Source of the DNA: a bacterium
GTDB lineage: Bacteria; Patescibacteriota; Minisyncoccia; Phycocordibacterales; Phycocordibacteraceae
Assembly: GCA_037200965.1 (NCBI GenBank)
Contig: JBBCGK010000001.1
Span: 512,001-576,000 of the forward strand
Direction: 5' to 3'
DNA length: 64,000 nucleotides
The translations under genes were made by a program, and so were the position numbers. The notes beneath the pieces were generated by a model. The model was given only the letters and a program-made list of their open reading frames with translations, was not told the origin of the DNA and did not search any database. Within the stretch, counting starts at the first letter, position 1; every line of letters starts with the position of its first letter. Below, one piece after another: positions 8,883-18,791 of the stretch.

Positions 8883-9578
8883 TCAGGCAAAGCGCCGCTT
8901 GCGTCCTTCCCCTTTTTGAAGGTTTACATACTTTCGGTATTCGCAGCCGATGCCTTCCCAATTTTCTGCCGAGAGGTGTACCGGCTTTCCGTTGAAACTA
9001 AGAAGCGGCATAGCCTCATGACCTTCCTGCGCAAGCGCCGCGGCCGTCTCCTCCGGCGGCCTATCCGGAGCGAGGCGAAGCATCGTGGGCCTTGACCCGG
9101 GACCTATGGGAAACGGCTTATACAGGTCGACGAGTTCGGGATGCTGGTATGCGATGTCGATCAGCACTTCGGTCCACAGGAACGAGTGATTGAATCCCCA
9201 TGCGGAAAGTATCTCCGGCAGAAGCTCCGCTACGCCGCGGTGTTCGCTCCTCCTCAGGATTTCTGCGCAGTCCCGGATACGGTTCGGCAGATAGGCACAG
9301 AGAAGCTTCTCGCGCGTCGGATACCTGCTGTTAAGAATAGTACTTATCGGAAACACGTACGGAACGCCGTACTTCGGGCGCGGATGCGCGAGCAATCGTT
9401 CATGCACTTCCTCGTTCTCTTTGACATCGAACGAAAGAAGCCCGGTCGAGCGAAGCGTCTCGGGCCGCGCGACAAGGCGCGCGAAGAACAGATTCATAAG
9501 CAAAAGAGAGAAATCCCCGGCAAGCGGGGCGAGCATACGATGATACTCGACGGTCTGCCGGTCGAGTTCGCGGTACAC
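8883..9578 (-). CDS. hypothetical protein (231 aa)
   Basis: Long ORF with protein-like composition and an AT-rich promoter region upstream; no recognised domain. Confidence 0.45.
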   Translation of the reverse strand: MYRELDRQTVEYHRMLAPLAGDFSLLLMNLFFARLVARPETLRSTGLLSFDVKENEEVHERLLAHPRPKYGVPYVFPISTILNSRYPTREKLLCAYLPNRIRDCAEILRRSEHRGVAELLPEILSAWGFNHSFLWTEVLIDIAYQHPELVDLYKPFPIGPGSRPTMLRLAPDRPPEETAAALAQEGHEAMPLLSFNGKPVHLSAENWEGIGCEYRKYVNLQKGEGRKRRFA

Positions 9579-9800
9579 GTTACAAAAGCGTTACGCCGCA
9601 AGAACCGGATCGTCGAGCTACGTTAAATTCCGTGTTGGTCAAAATACGCAAAAAAGCTTGAGGTATCGAGCCCTTTTGCCTGTTTTGAACGCGAATATAC
9701 AAACACTTGTTTAATTGGCGGGAAAAACGTATTTTTCAAGAACCTCTCCGGGAGCAACGGACCTGTTCCGGCTCGTATGTACGGGCTGGAATTTTCGCAT

Positions 9801-10061
9801 TTAAAGGAATACCGCTTTCTCCGGTACGGAAAGATACCAACACGAATGGTTACTTAACTCCGGATCGTCCGTGTACGGCGCGGCAAGACCGCGCGATTTC
9901 TTGTCCCAAATACGCATGCGCTCTCCCGCAAATGCGATGACGGGATCAAGAAGCGCCCGCGAAATGGAATCGTGCGAAACGGCTGGTTCAGGCCGCTTCG
10001 CATGATTCTCCCAATGCTTATACAAACCCTTGAGTTCTTCTGGAATTTCGTAGAGCTCCAT
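9801..10061 (-). CDS. hypothetical small protein (86 aa)
   Basis: ORF 11 nt downstream of the 10073..10753 gene, same strand. Confidence 0.3.
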   Translation of the reverse strand: MELYEIPEELKGLYKHWENHAKRPEPAVSHDSISRALLDPVIAFAGERMRIWDKKSRGLAAPYTDDPELSNHSCWYLSVPEKAVFL

Positions 10062-10072
10062 GAGCTCCTGCC

Positions 10073-10753
10073 CTATGGCTTCGATACCTGGAGCGTCGAG
10101 AGCATCTTGAGGAGCGCGGCATGCGCCGGAAGCTCCGAGACTACAAGCTTCGGGTCGGACCAGTCAAGCACCTCCTTATCAAGAGCCTCGAACCGGAGCA
10201 CGTCGGTTGCGCGCGGGAGATAGTAGAGGGTGTGCACGTACGCTTCGAAACGCTCGACCGTAACCGAATAAAACGTTTTCCCGCCTACGACGACCGGCTT
10301 GAATTCCTTCATCGACTCCGCCATGTTCCCGGAAGATTCGTATTGCGTGTTCGCGATCATCACATCCTCCGCGCTTTTCCCTTCCGGAACCGGATATTCC
10401 CGGATCACGATCGTCTCCGTGCTTGAGGCGACGAACGCGGCGCGAAGCGTCGGCTCCGCCCCGATCGCGTTCTCGTCCGCCGCAAAGCCCGCGGGAAGCG
10501 CGTACGCGATTCCCTCCTCGCCCATCTCAATATTCGGAAACGCGCAGGGGGCGAAGACGCACCCGGGACCCGAGCGCCCCACCGCCGTGCCATCGGGACA
10601 TATCTTCGCCTCAAGCGTACAGGCGGTCGCGCCGGGCGCCATAGGCTCTCCGCGATGCTCGACCGCGTTCCTGTAAAGGAATCCGGCGACGCCGATAAGG
10701 ACGAGGAGCGCGACGCACGCGAGAAGCTGTTTCATATCCTTCCAGTCTATCAT
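10073..10753 (-). CDS. hypothetical membrane-anchored/secreted protein
   Basis: N-terminal TM helix (LLACVALLVLIGVAGFL); 4-nt overlap with mscL stop. Confidence 0.5.
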   Translation of the reverse strand: MIDWKDMKQLLACVALLVLIGVAGFLYRNAVEHRGEPMAPGATACTLEAKICPDGTAVGRSGPGCVFAPCAFPNIEMGEEGIAYALPAGFAADENAIGAEPTLRAAFVASSTETIVIREYPVPEGKSAEDVMIANTQYESSGNMAESMKEFKPVVVGGKTFYSVTVERFEAYVHTLYYLPRATDVLRFEALDKEVLDWSDPKLVVSELPAHAALLKMLSTLQVSKP

Positions 10754-11142
10754 TTCGGCCGTTTGAGCTCGTCCCGTATCTCCCGCAGCAGGATTACCTG
10801 CTCGCTCTCAACCGGCTTCGCAGCCTGTTCCTCCTGCTTCTTCTTATACGTCAGGCGGTTCAGGAGCTTCACGACCAGGAAGAGCGCGAACGCGATCAGT
10901 ATGAAATTGAGCACGGCTTGCAGGAAGAGCCCGTACTGTATCTCGGCACTTCCGCCAAGCGGAAAAGAAAGCTTCGAGAAGTCGAAACCGCCGAGCAAGA
11001 GGCCGACGGGAGGCGTAAGGATGTTCGTCGCAAGCGTGGTCGTGATCTGGTTGAACGCCGCACCGATCACGACGCCAACCGCGAGATCAAGGGCGTTCCC
11101 CCGCACGGCAAAGGTTTCAAATTCCTTGAAGAAGGATTTCAT
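10750..11142 (-). CDS. mscL: large-conductance mechanosensitive channel
   Basis: MKSFFKEFETFAVRGNALDLAVGVVIGAAF...PPVGLLLGGFDFS matches the MscL signature. Start moved to the internal ATG at 11142. Confidence 0.85.
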   Translation of the reverse strand: MKSFFKEFETFAVRGNALDLAVGVVIGAAFNQITTTLATNILTPPVGLLLGGFDFSKLSFPLGGSAEIQYGLFLQAVLNFILIAFALFLVVKLLNRLTYKKKQEEQAAKPVESEQVILLREIRDELKRPK

Positions 11143-11221
11143 GCGGGTAGTATATTCTTTCGTGAGGCCAAACAAAAGCGGGGCCGCGGCGGCGTGTTAT
11201 TCCAAAGTGAGCCAGCGTTTA

Positions 11222-11851
11222 CTAGCTAAGCATTTTTTCCTGCCCATTGTCTATAATCAGAACTTCCCCGTCTCTCATAACCATCGATTCATAAGGGAGA
11301 TGTTTCATCCTTTCTAGAGCCTCTTTCTGTAAAGGAAGGTACTTCTCCATATCCCAGTGCGGCCATATAAAATAGGGTATAAGACCGAGGCCTTCCCACA
11401 CTATCTCCGGTGCTTTGCCCGGATCATCCATAAGCTCAATAAGACGCAGCGAAGGCCCGGCCACGACTGCTCCGGCACTCCAACCTCCATAGGCAATACC
11501 TTCTGCAAGAAGGGTCCTGATGATTTCGTCGAAGCCACTTGTCTTCATGGCATATCGTAATGAGAAAGAGTTTCCTCCGGCGCACCAGATAAGATTACAT
11601 GTTCTTAGTTTCGTAATCAGCTCTGCAGTTTTGCCTGTATACTCGCGTAAGTCGATGTTCACCGGCTCGAAATCCAATGAACTAAAAGTATCGTTCAGGG
11701 CACCAATCCGTTCCATTGCGAGGTCTTCAGGGTATGGATCCTGTGCATTATTAATAAGAGCAACCTTCGCCACTTCGCCAGGAGATACCGCAAGAAGTTC
11801 TCGGAGCTGGTCAGATCTTGGAACTCCTTCGGAGGACAGAAATAGTTTCAT
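11222..11851 (-). CDS. peptidase S51 family (dipeptidase E-like)
   Basis: CAGGNSFSL and nucleophile motif GWSAGAVVAG. Confidence 0.65.
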   Translation of the reverse strand: MKLFLSSEGVPRSDQLRELLAVSPGEVAKVALINNAQDPYPEDLAMERIGALNDTFSSLDFEPVNIDLREYTGKTAELITKLRTCNLIWCAGGNSFSLRYAMKTSGFDEIIRTLLAEGIAYGGWSAGAVVAGPSLRLIELMDDPGKAPEIVWEGLGLIPYFIWPHWDMEKYLPLQKEALERMKHLPYESMVMRDGEVLIIDNGQEKMLS

Positions 11852-11854
11852 ATC

Positions 11855-12955
11855 TTAACCGCATTCCTCCACAAACTTCTCAAGTACTTGTTGGAAAAGC
11901 GCGAGACTTTTTAGATCAACCCATTCGTCCGGCCCATGCGCTCCGTTACCTTCTGGTCTTGTCACGACGACTGGAATGCCCGTGTGTGCGAAAAATCGCG
12001 CATCACAGGTTGACGGATATACGCTCGTTTTTACTGATCGCCCCGTCTTCTCTTCGATTATCTTTAAAAGTTTCTGCGGTAGCGGGTGCGCAAGATTTGC
12101 CTGGTACGGCTCAATACTTCTTTTGATAATCACCTCGGACACGCCTTCAAGGCCCTCGGCGGTCTTCTTGAGCTCGTCAAAATCGAAATGCTCGGTGAAA
12201 CGAAGATTAAAGCTTGCAAACGCATGGTCTGGGATGACGTTCGAACTGGTGTTCTTTGTGCTGATCGATATCGGGACGAGCGTAGTCTCGTGCGTTTCTT
12301 TCTCCTGCATTCCAGGGTACTTCTTTTCCAGAGCGACGAGCAGCTTCGCCATAAGTTGTATGGCATTCTTGCCTTCCCATGGCCGCGATACGTGCCCGGC
12401 TTTAGTGTTTATCGTTACATCGAGCCATCCCACCCCCTTGCCGCCTTCCGCGACTTCAAACGCGTTGCCGCCATCGGGAACGATGGCGATCTCGGGCTTC
12501 AGAGGATGCTCGACCAGGATACGGCCTACGCCGTCTTTCCCGCCAACTTCCTCATCACTTGTTATGAGCACGCCGACGCTCGGCACAGAACCATCTGTAC
12601 GCGCGGTTTTCATAGCTTTTTGGAAAACAAGGAGAGAAGCGATGAGCGGACCTTTCATGTCGAAGGAGCCGCGACCGTACAAACGGCCGTTCGCTATTCG
12701 CGGCGCGAACTGTGGCTCCTCAGCCGGAACCACATCTATGTGGCCGACAAAAAGAATTCTCGGATTTGGTATTCCGCTTGGAGTTAAGAGGAGACTGGGC
12801 GCAGATGGATGTGGAAAACGCGTTACAGAAACGCTACTACCGAATTCCTTCTCGATCGAACCGATACACGCCTCGATTTCCTTTGCTTCCGTCTTTATGG
12901 TCTTGAACTTTAGCAAGCTGAGAGCGAGCTTTTCGAGTGCTGCAATCTCTTCCAT
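11855..12955 (-). CDS. M20 family metallopeptidase (ArgE/DapE-like)
   Basis: GHIDVV, GRGSFDMKG, SDEEVGG motifs. Confidence 0.8.
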   Translation of the reverse strand: MEEIAALEKLALSLLKFKTIKTEAKEIEACIGSIEKEFGSSVSVTRFPHPSAPSLLLTPSGIPNPRILFVGHIDVVPAEEPQFAPRIANGRLYGRGSFDMKGPLIASLLVFQKAMKTARTDGSVPSVGVLITSDEEVGGKDGVGRILVEHPLKPEIAIVPDGGNAFEVAEGGKGVGWLDVTINTKAGHVSRPWEGKNAIQLMAKLLVALEKKYPGMQEKETHETTLVPISISTKNTSSNVIPDHAFASFNLRFTEHFDFDELKKTAEGLEGVSEVIIKRSIEPYQANLAHPLPQKLLKIIEEKTGRSVKTSVYPSTCDARFFAHTGIPVVVTRPEGNGAHGPDEWVDLKSLALFQQVLEKFVEECG

Positions 12956-13026
12956 GTGCGCTCAGTATAGCCTGCTGCATAGGTAAAAAGAAAAGCCGCC
13001 TCCAACGGCTCCCCGTTGTGGCGGTC

Positions 13027-13413
13027 TTAAACCGCGATTGTTGGTGTACCCCAGATCTTGTCGAGCACCCATTCGGGCAGATATGCGGAGCGATTGAACG
13101 TCTTCGCCACCCAAGCGATGGCTTCGTAGCAACTGCCATCGACCTCGTCATGGCCATATCGGTACGCCACCTCAAATTGAGACGACTTGCAGTTCCGCCA
13201 TTCGCAACGATATCTGTCGCTGATATTGTGGTCTGAGAAACGAACTCGCATCACTTGGCTGCCGGGCTGCTCTTCATCCCAAATCTCCACGTATTCTGAC
13301 TCGGAAATCCGGGAAACATCCCATGCGGCAACGAGTCCGATGGTCTCACAAACGCTGAGCACTATCTTGGCGCGTTTGCATAGGTGCTCGGGACGTAGTC
13401 TCTCGAAGTACAT
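13027..13413 (-). CDS. hypothetical protein (128 aa) in a low-GC segment next to IS30
   Basis: Lower GC than surroundings; no domain recognised. Confidence 0.35.
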   Translation of the reverse strand: MYFERLRPEHLCKRAKIVLSVCETIGLVAAWDVSRISESEYVEIWDEEQPGSQVMRVRFSDHNISDRYRCEWRNCKSSQFEVAYRYGHDEVDGSCYEAIAWVAKTFNRSAYLPEWVLDKIWGTPTIAV

Positions 13414-13449
13414 TCGCGCCTCCTTTCAAGTCTGCGCAGCACGAACTAC

Positions 13450-14537
13450 CCTACCATACGTATACACTGATGTCAATCAATGCGTAAGCTACTCTCAACC
13501 TCTAACTGCCCGCATATGATACCACGTATGTATACCCACCTAACGTTCGAGGAACGAGAATGCATTGGTCTTATGCGTGCAGCCTACTTCTGGCCAGTCG
13601 AAATCGCACGCGAGCTCAATCGCGATCCTAAAACCATCAGACGAGAGCTCAGACGCTCGAAACCGTTGTTTGAAGGATACCGACCAAGCCGGGCACACAA
13701 AGATGCACGAAAGAAAAAGAAAATCCCGAGACGCGGGAAGAAGCTCAACTACGCGCCTCTTCAGCGTGTCGTGTATGCAAAGCTCCGGCTTCGCTGGAGC
13801 CCGGAGCAGATTGCGCAGTACTTGAAACAGCACTACGCTACAGATACTCGTATGCAAGTCTCCCACGAATCCATCTACACCTATATCTATGTGCTCCCGC
13901 GCGGGAGCCTCCGCAAGGAGCTTACGTCGTACCTGCGCCAGGGCGCCGAAGGGCGCAGGCGCAGGTATCGGGTGCACGACAGGCGAGGAAAGATACCCAA
14001 TATGGTGAGTATTCACGAGCGCCCCAAAGAAACGGAAGACCGCTCAGTACCTGGACACTGGGAGAGCGACCTCATTATCGGCAAAGGACATCAATCAGCC
14101 ATTGCGACCTTGGTGGAACGCACCACGCGCATGACCATTCTGGTGCCGCTCAGAGAAAAGACCGCTCCTGCGGTGCGCATGGCACTTACGAAAACCGTGA
14201 AGAGCTTGCCCCGCGAAGCCTTCCGATCAATCACCCATGATCGCGGCAGCGAGATGGCTGAGCACGAACTCTTCACCAAAGAGACCAGGGTGCAGGTGTA
14301 TTTCGCTGATCCACAAAGCCCGTGGCAGCGTGGTACAAACGAAAATACCAATGGCCTTATTCGTCAGTATTTCCCCAAGGGAACGGACTTCCGGCGGGTG
14401 CCAACTAAGTATTTGAAGCAAGCGCAGAAGCAGCTCAATACTCGGCCCAGAAAAGCTATCGGCTTCAAAACACCTGAAGAAGCATTTGCGCTATTATTAA
14501 AGAAGCGGGCATTTAGAGTTTGAATTCAAGTAATGGT
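13450..14537 (+). mobile_element. IS30-family element (ends approximate)
   Basis: Transposase above; left end resembles IS30-type IR (ATGTCAATCAATGCG). Right IR appears truncated or abutted by the next IS. No clean TSD found. Confidence 0.4.
13480..14523 (+). CDS. IS30-family transposase
   Basis: HTH (LTFEERECIG) plus DDE core (GHWESDLI...DRGSEM...YFADPQSPWQRGTNENTNGLIRQYFPKGTDF); real start probably at M17 (13528). Confidence 0.85.
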   Translation: MRKLLSTSNCPHMIPRMYTHLTFEERECIGLMRAAYFWPVEIARELNRDPKTIRRELRRSKPLFEGYRPSRAHKDARKKKKIPRRGKKLNYAPLQRVVYAKLRLRWSPEQIAQYLKQHYATDTRMQVSHESIYTYIYVLPRGSLRKELTSYLRQGAEGRRRRYRVHDRRGKIPNMVSIHERPKETEDRSVPGHWESDLIIGKGHQSAIATLVERTTRMTILVPLREKTAPAVRMALTKTVKSLPREAFRSITHDRGSEMAEHELFTKETRVQVYFADPQSPWQRGTNENTNGLIRQYFPKGTDFRRVPTKYLKQAQKQLNTRPRKAIGFKTPEEAFALLLKKRAFRV

Positions 14538-15450
14538 TCAATACCTTGGCACCACTAAGCCAAGTCGCATGCCATACACCACCAACCCCCGTATGCCCCG
14601 CATCCGCCGCGAAGCGGCGGATCTCTTCCGCCAAGGCTGGAGCGCGCGCAAGATCGGGCGGCATCTCGGGTACCATCACACCGCCGTCATGAAATGGGTG
14701 CGAAGGGCCGAACGCATCGGATACCACCCGATACCGACGCGCTCGTCGCGTCCGAAGCGCCATCCCCGGCAGCTCTCAGACGAACTCCGCTGGAAGATCT
14801 TCCATACCCGGCTCAAGTCGAAGCGAAGCGCGGAAGTCATTCAGCGCATACTGGAGGAGGAAGGGGTGGTGATTTCACTCTCCACCATCAAGCGAACGCT
14901 TGACCGCATGGGCCTCCTCAAGAAGAGGAGCCCGTACAAGCGATACCACCCACAGGTCGACCGCCCCCTGCCGGAGAAACCCGGTTCCCTCGTCCAGATC
15001 GACACCATTCACACCATGCTCGATTTGAAGAAGCGGATGTATACCTTCACCCTCATCGACGTGCATTCCCGCACCGCGTACGCGAAGACCTATGCGCGCA
15101 TGGATGCCGCGACCGCCGTGCGCTTCGTCGAGGAGGCGCAGCGGAGAGCGTCCTTCCGCTTCGAAATGCTCCAGAGCGACCATGGTCCCGAGTTCGGGGC
15201 GTGGTTCGTCGAGCGCATCCGGAGGAAGCACCGGTATTCCCGCATCGGGAAACCCAACGACAATGCGCATATCGAGCGATTCAACCGCACGCTTCAGGAG
15301 GAGTGCCTCGACCATGCGCGCAGAAGTCCGGAAGCGTTCAATGCGGCTCTGAAGAAATACATCCCCTGGTACAACCGGGAGCGGCACCATTTCGGCCTGA
15401 ATCTCCTGACCCCGGCACAAGTACTCAAGGAGGTGGTGCCAAGGTGTTGA
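14533..15450 (+). CDS. IS481-family transposase (HTH + rve integrase core)
   Basis: DHGPEF...KPNDNAHIERFNRTLQEE. The track start at 14533 precedes the IR; a real start at a downstream M (e.g. 14569) is likely. Confidence 0.8.
   Translation: MVQYLGTTKPSRMPYTTNPRMPRIRREAADLFRQGWSARKIGRHLGYHHTAVMKWVRRAERIGYHPIPTRSSRPKRHPRQLSDELRWKIFHTRLKSKRSAEVIQRILEEEGVVISLSTIKRTLDRMGLLKKRSPYKRYHPQVDRPLPEKPGSLVQIDTIHTMLDLKKRMYTFTLIDVHSRTAYAKTYARMDAATAVRFVEEAQRRASFRFEMLQSDHGPEFGAWFVERIRRKHRYSRIGKPNDNAHIERFNRTLQEECLDHARRSPEAFNAALKKYIPWYNRERHHFGLNLLTPAQVLKEVVPRC
14538..15450 (+). mobile_element. IS481-family insertion sequence (copy 2, different from copy 1)
   Basis: 18-bp terminal IRs TCAATACCTTGGCACCAC (14538-14555) and rc GTGGTGCCAAGGTGTTGA (15433-15450). 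Transposase stop TGA lies inside the right IR. No TSD; left end abuts the IS30 3' end. Confidence 0.6.
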
Positions 15451-15460
15451 TTAGAAGACG

Positions 15461-16606
15461 TCAATGCGGATGGAGGGAGGTTTGTGCAGGCCTTTCTTTC
15501 GGAGCGATGAGATACACCGCTATCAGCGTCGTGATCGGCACCGCAAGCACGAGGCCGATCGAGCCGATGAGGATGCGCACGATCTCGCTCGCAAATACTT
15601 CCCCGTTGAGGATATAACCTACCGACGCCTCCGCGTTCCGGAACAAGAGGAGGAGCGGGAGCGCCGCTCCCACGTACGCGATCGCGAGCGTATTCACCAG
15701 GGCCCCGATATGCTCGCGCCCGATGCGGATCGCCTTGCGGTATAGTTCGCGCTTCGTGAGATGGCGGCCCGCGCTCATGAGTTCCTCGACCGAAACCGCC
15801 TGCCCTATCGCAATATCGTAGAGGACGCCGAGAAGCCCGACCAGGATGCCGCCAAGAAGCACTCCCACGAGATCGATGGTGCCGTTGAACTGGAAATGGA
15901 GATAGGTGCTGTCTTCGCTGTTGTATCCCGAAAGCTGCGCCGCGTGTACGACATACGAGGCCGCGAGGCCCGTAATGATAACGGTCGCCACCATCCCGAG
16001 GACCGCCGCGGTCGTGGTACGGTTCCATCCGTGCGTTATGTACGAACCGACGATGATGATAAGGGAAGCGACGCCTATGGCGACAAGGACGGGAGAATAC
16101 CCCGCGATGATGCCGGGCAGGAGAAGATAGAAAATGAGCGCGAGGCTTCCCGCAAGGCTCAGGAGCCCCCGCACGCCCTGTATCCCGCCGAAGGCGAACA
16201 CGAGAAGGAGAAATATCGCGGCGAGCGCGAGAAGAATATCGAGCCGGTACGGATCGGCTACCGAATAAAAGTCGCTGCCTTCCGAGGTATGCGTATGCCG
16301 GAGATAGAAGACGTCGCCAACGGAAAGCTGCGCGAAGTCGTTGTCGAACGTATATACCGCGCCCTCATCGGGACCGCCGAGCACTGTCGCCGAGAGCGTT
16401 TGCACGTGCGACGGTGCGCTCGTGCCGGGCGGGGTGATAACGCGGGGATTCGAGATTTCGAGCACCACCGCTTTTTCGAGGACTTCGGTATCCGGCTGCG
16501 GGGTTTGTGCTCGCGTAAGAATCGGTATTGTGACTACACTAAACAGCAATAGTGCCCCACAGAACCAATATATGTTTCGCATAACCTGACTTTCGCGTGA
16601 TTCCAT
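15461..16606 (-). CDS. YibE/F-family membrane protein
   Basis: N-terminal extracytoplasmic segment followed by multiple Gly/Ala/Leu-rich TM helices typical of YibE/F. Stop is 10 bp from the IS481 copy-2 end. Confidence 0.6.
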   Translation of the reverse strand: MESRESQVMRNIYWFCGALLLFSVVTIPILTRAQTPQPDTEVLEKAVVLEISNPRVITPPGTSAPSHVQTLSATVLGGPDEGAVYTFDNDFAQLSVGDVFYLRHTHTSEGSDFYSVADPYRLDILLALAAIFLLLVFAFGGIQGVRGLLSLAGSLALIFYLLLPGIIAGYSPVLVAIGVASLIIIVGSYITHGWNRTTTAAVLGMVATVIITGLAASYVVHAAQLSGYNSEDSTYLHFQFNGTIDLVGVLLGGILVGLLGVLYDIAIGQAVSVEELMSAGRHLTKRELYRKAIRIGREHIGALVNTLAIAYVGAALPLLLLFRNAEASVGYILNGEVFASEIVRILIGSIGLVLAVPITTLIAVYLIAPKERPAQTSLHPH

Positions 16607-16623
16607 TTTTTTATTAAAAGCAG

Positions 16624-17508
16624 CTAGGAACCCTCGTGCGGCCACTGCCCTCGCGCAACCATATTAACTGAGGTGATATGGGATTGTGAGCATAAAATGC
16701 CAACGATTGCCTCCGCAACGGCAATAGGCGGCATGGCCGGAAGACCGGACTGAGAATAATCATAACCGTAACTTTTACCCATCATCGAAACAGTGTCTTG
16801 TACGACTTTCGAGTCGTACATTCCGGTATCGACGATTCCCGGACGGATATCGGTGATAAAGACTTTCTCCTTATCGAGTTCAATCATCGCCGCATTGGCG
16901 AAGCGGCTGATAGCTCCCTTGGCAGCCATATGCATACTCCCCGAAATGACCGAGCGGACGGCACTCATAGAAGAAACGATGCAGACGCGGGTTTCTTCCT
17001 GCTTTCTGAAACGCGGCAGAAGAAGGCGCATGAGAGTTACCGTTGCTTTCAATACCGAAAGCTCCGCCTCTACCAGTTCATCCGAGAGGTTACCGATAGC
17101 AAGATAGGGGTTGTCGTCCTTCAACTTGACTGTACCGGCTCCGAGTCCAACCGATTGCACCCAATACAGCGGCAAATCGTTAGGGATAGAATCGGCCAGA
17201 GTTTGAAGCGATCGCAGGTCGTTTAGATCAACCGAAGAATATTCCACTGACGCTCCGGGAACTTCTTGCTCAATCCATTCTTTAACTATTTTAAGATTGT
17301 TCTCCGTGCGGGCGATCATATGCACAACCGCTCCGGCTCTGACGCACTCAAGTGCGGCAGCCGCGCCGATATTCCCTTTATACTCTTGGCCGTCTGCCCA
17401 GATCGGCGTATGAGTCGGTTTGCCGGTAACGATATCTGTAAACACGGTCGCGAGCGGCTTAATACCTACGCCAGTTATCAGAACACGCTTCCCTCCTAAG
17501 CGATTCAT
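16624..17508 (-). CDS. SDR-family oxidoreductase (atypical)
   Basis: Rossmann glycine motif ITGVGIKPLA and SDR-like core; GC ~52%, lower than flanks. Confidence 0.6.
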   Translation of the reverse strand: MNRLGGKRVLITGVGIKPLATVFTDIVTGKPTHTPIWADGQEYKGNIGAAAALECVRAGAVVHMIARTENNLKIVKEWIEQEVPGASVEYSSVDLNDLRSLQTLADSIPNDLPLYWVQSVGLGAGTVKLKDDNPYLAIGNLSDELVEAELSVLKATVTLMRLLLPRFRKQEETRVCIVSSMSAVRSVISGSMHMAAKGAISRFANAAMIELDKEKVFITDIRPGIVDTGMYDSKVVQDTVSMMGKSYGYDYSQSGLPAMPPIAVAEAIVGILCSQSHITSVNMVARGQWPHEGS

Positions 17509-17577
17509 AAGAAAAGTATAGCCCGATTCTTGCCAGACGGCAGGCTGAGGCGGCTACCCTGCCGCCTCACGGAAGGC

Positions 17578-18324
17578 CTACACGCCCGCGAAGTGAATCG
17601 CCGCGAACATCACGAGCATCCCGAGCACCGTCATGAAACTCGTGAAGAGGCGCGGATGGCGGTGATGGCTTTCGGGAAGAAGCTCGCTCGCGCCGATATA
17701 GAGGAAGAAGCCCGAGAAAAGAGCGAGGATAAGCGCCAGGTACTGCTCCGGGACGCTAAAGAAGAGCGTCGAGCCGATACCCAGAAGAGGCGCGAGCGCG
17801 TCGGCGGTAAGCCAGCGACGGGCGATGTGATGCTTCCCCGTTCCCACCATGCTCAGGTTCACCGTATTAACGCCGTCGGAGAAGTCGTGGACGAGAACTG
17901 CAACCGCGACGATGGCGCCAAGTGCCGCGGATACCTGAAACGCAAGCCCGATCGCAACGCCGTCGAGGAAGCTATGCACTGTGAGACTCCCTGCGCCAAG
18001 GTGCCCCCGATGCCCGTGTCCGCCGTGCCCCTCCTCTTCCTTCACGCCGATCATAAAGATCCGGTCGAGGATCATAAAGGCCGCAAAGCCGAATACCGCA
18101 ACCGCAGTGATGGCACCGGTTTCGTAATACTGCCCGCCGAGCTCGAGGGCCTCAGGCAGAAGGTCGATGAGCGCGACCGCGATCACTGCCCCGGCGCTGA
18201 AACCGAGGATGAGATGTATTTTGTTTTGGAACCTGAGCGCGAGTGAGCCGCCGATGTAGGTAGCGAGCCCTGCTGCGATGCCGATGATGAGTAGGGTCAT
18301 AAAAAGAGGTAAGGTTAAGCGCAC
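17578..18324 (-). CDS. ZIP-family metal transporter (ZupT-like)
   Basis: His-rich loop HGGHGHRGH plus conserved HSFLDGVAIG and HDFSDGV motifs. Confidence 0.8.
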   Translation of the reverse strand: MRLTLPLFMTLLIIGIAAGLATYIGGSLALRFQNKIHLILGFSAGAVIAVALIDLLPEALELGGQYYETGAITAVAVFGFAAFMILDRIFMIGVKEEEGHGGHGHRGHLGAGSLTVHSFLDGVAIGLAFQVSAALGAIVAVAVLVHDFSDGVNTVNLSMVGTGKHHIARRWLTADALAPLLGIGSTLFFSVPEQYLALILALFSGFFLYIGASELLPESHHRHPRLFTSFMTVLGMLVMFAAIHFAGV

Positions 18325-18710
18325 GCGTTACAGGTCCCGAAAAGCTCGAACGCGTGGTCAGAGAGGCGCGCGAAGCCTTTGGCGCTCCTTGGCACCTTTC
18401 CTTCCACACCCGGCACGGGGCACGGGATCGCCTCAAGCACTCCGCATCCTTCGCAGACGAGATGGTGGTGATGCTCTCCGCTTCGGGCGAGCTCGTAGTC
18501 CTGATGCCCGTGCCGCAGATCCGCAAGCCGGATAAGACCGGCGGTGCGAAGCGCTTCGAGCGCGCGGTATATCGTCACCGTGTCCATTTGTTCCTTCGCC
18601 CCGAGCTTTTTTCGAAGCGCCGGAATACCGAGCGGCTCCTTCGCCGCACCGAGCGCTTTCAAAAGCGCCAATCTTCCTGGTGTTGCTTTAAGGTTCGCAC
18701 TTCGGAGCAT
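18315..18710 (-). CDS. Fur-family transcriptional regulator (probably Zur)
   Basis: HHHHLVCEGCG metal-site motif and winged-helix N-terminus; adjacent to the ZIP transporter. Start probably the internal M (18710). Confidence 0.7.
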   Translation of the reverse strand: MLRSANLKATPGRLALLKALGAAKEPLGIPALRKKLGAKEQMDTVTIYRALEALRTAGLIRLADLRHGHQDYELARSGEHHHHLVCEGCGVLEAIPCPVPGVEGKVPRSAKGFARLSDHAFELFGTCNACA

Positions 18711-18791
18711 TTCCGCGTATTCGTTCTCTTGTTTCTTTTGCACAAAACCAGCGTATAGCAAACGCAAGTATATTGCAAGTACAAACTCAGA

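Noticed and set aside
11976-12986. 336-aa plus-strand ORF opposite the M20 peptidase
   Set aside because: Antisense artefact; the M20 motifs are on the minus strand.
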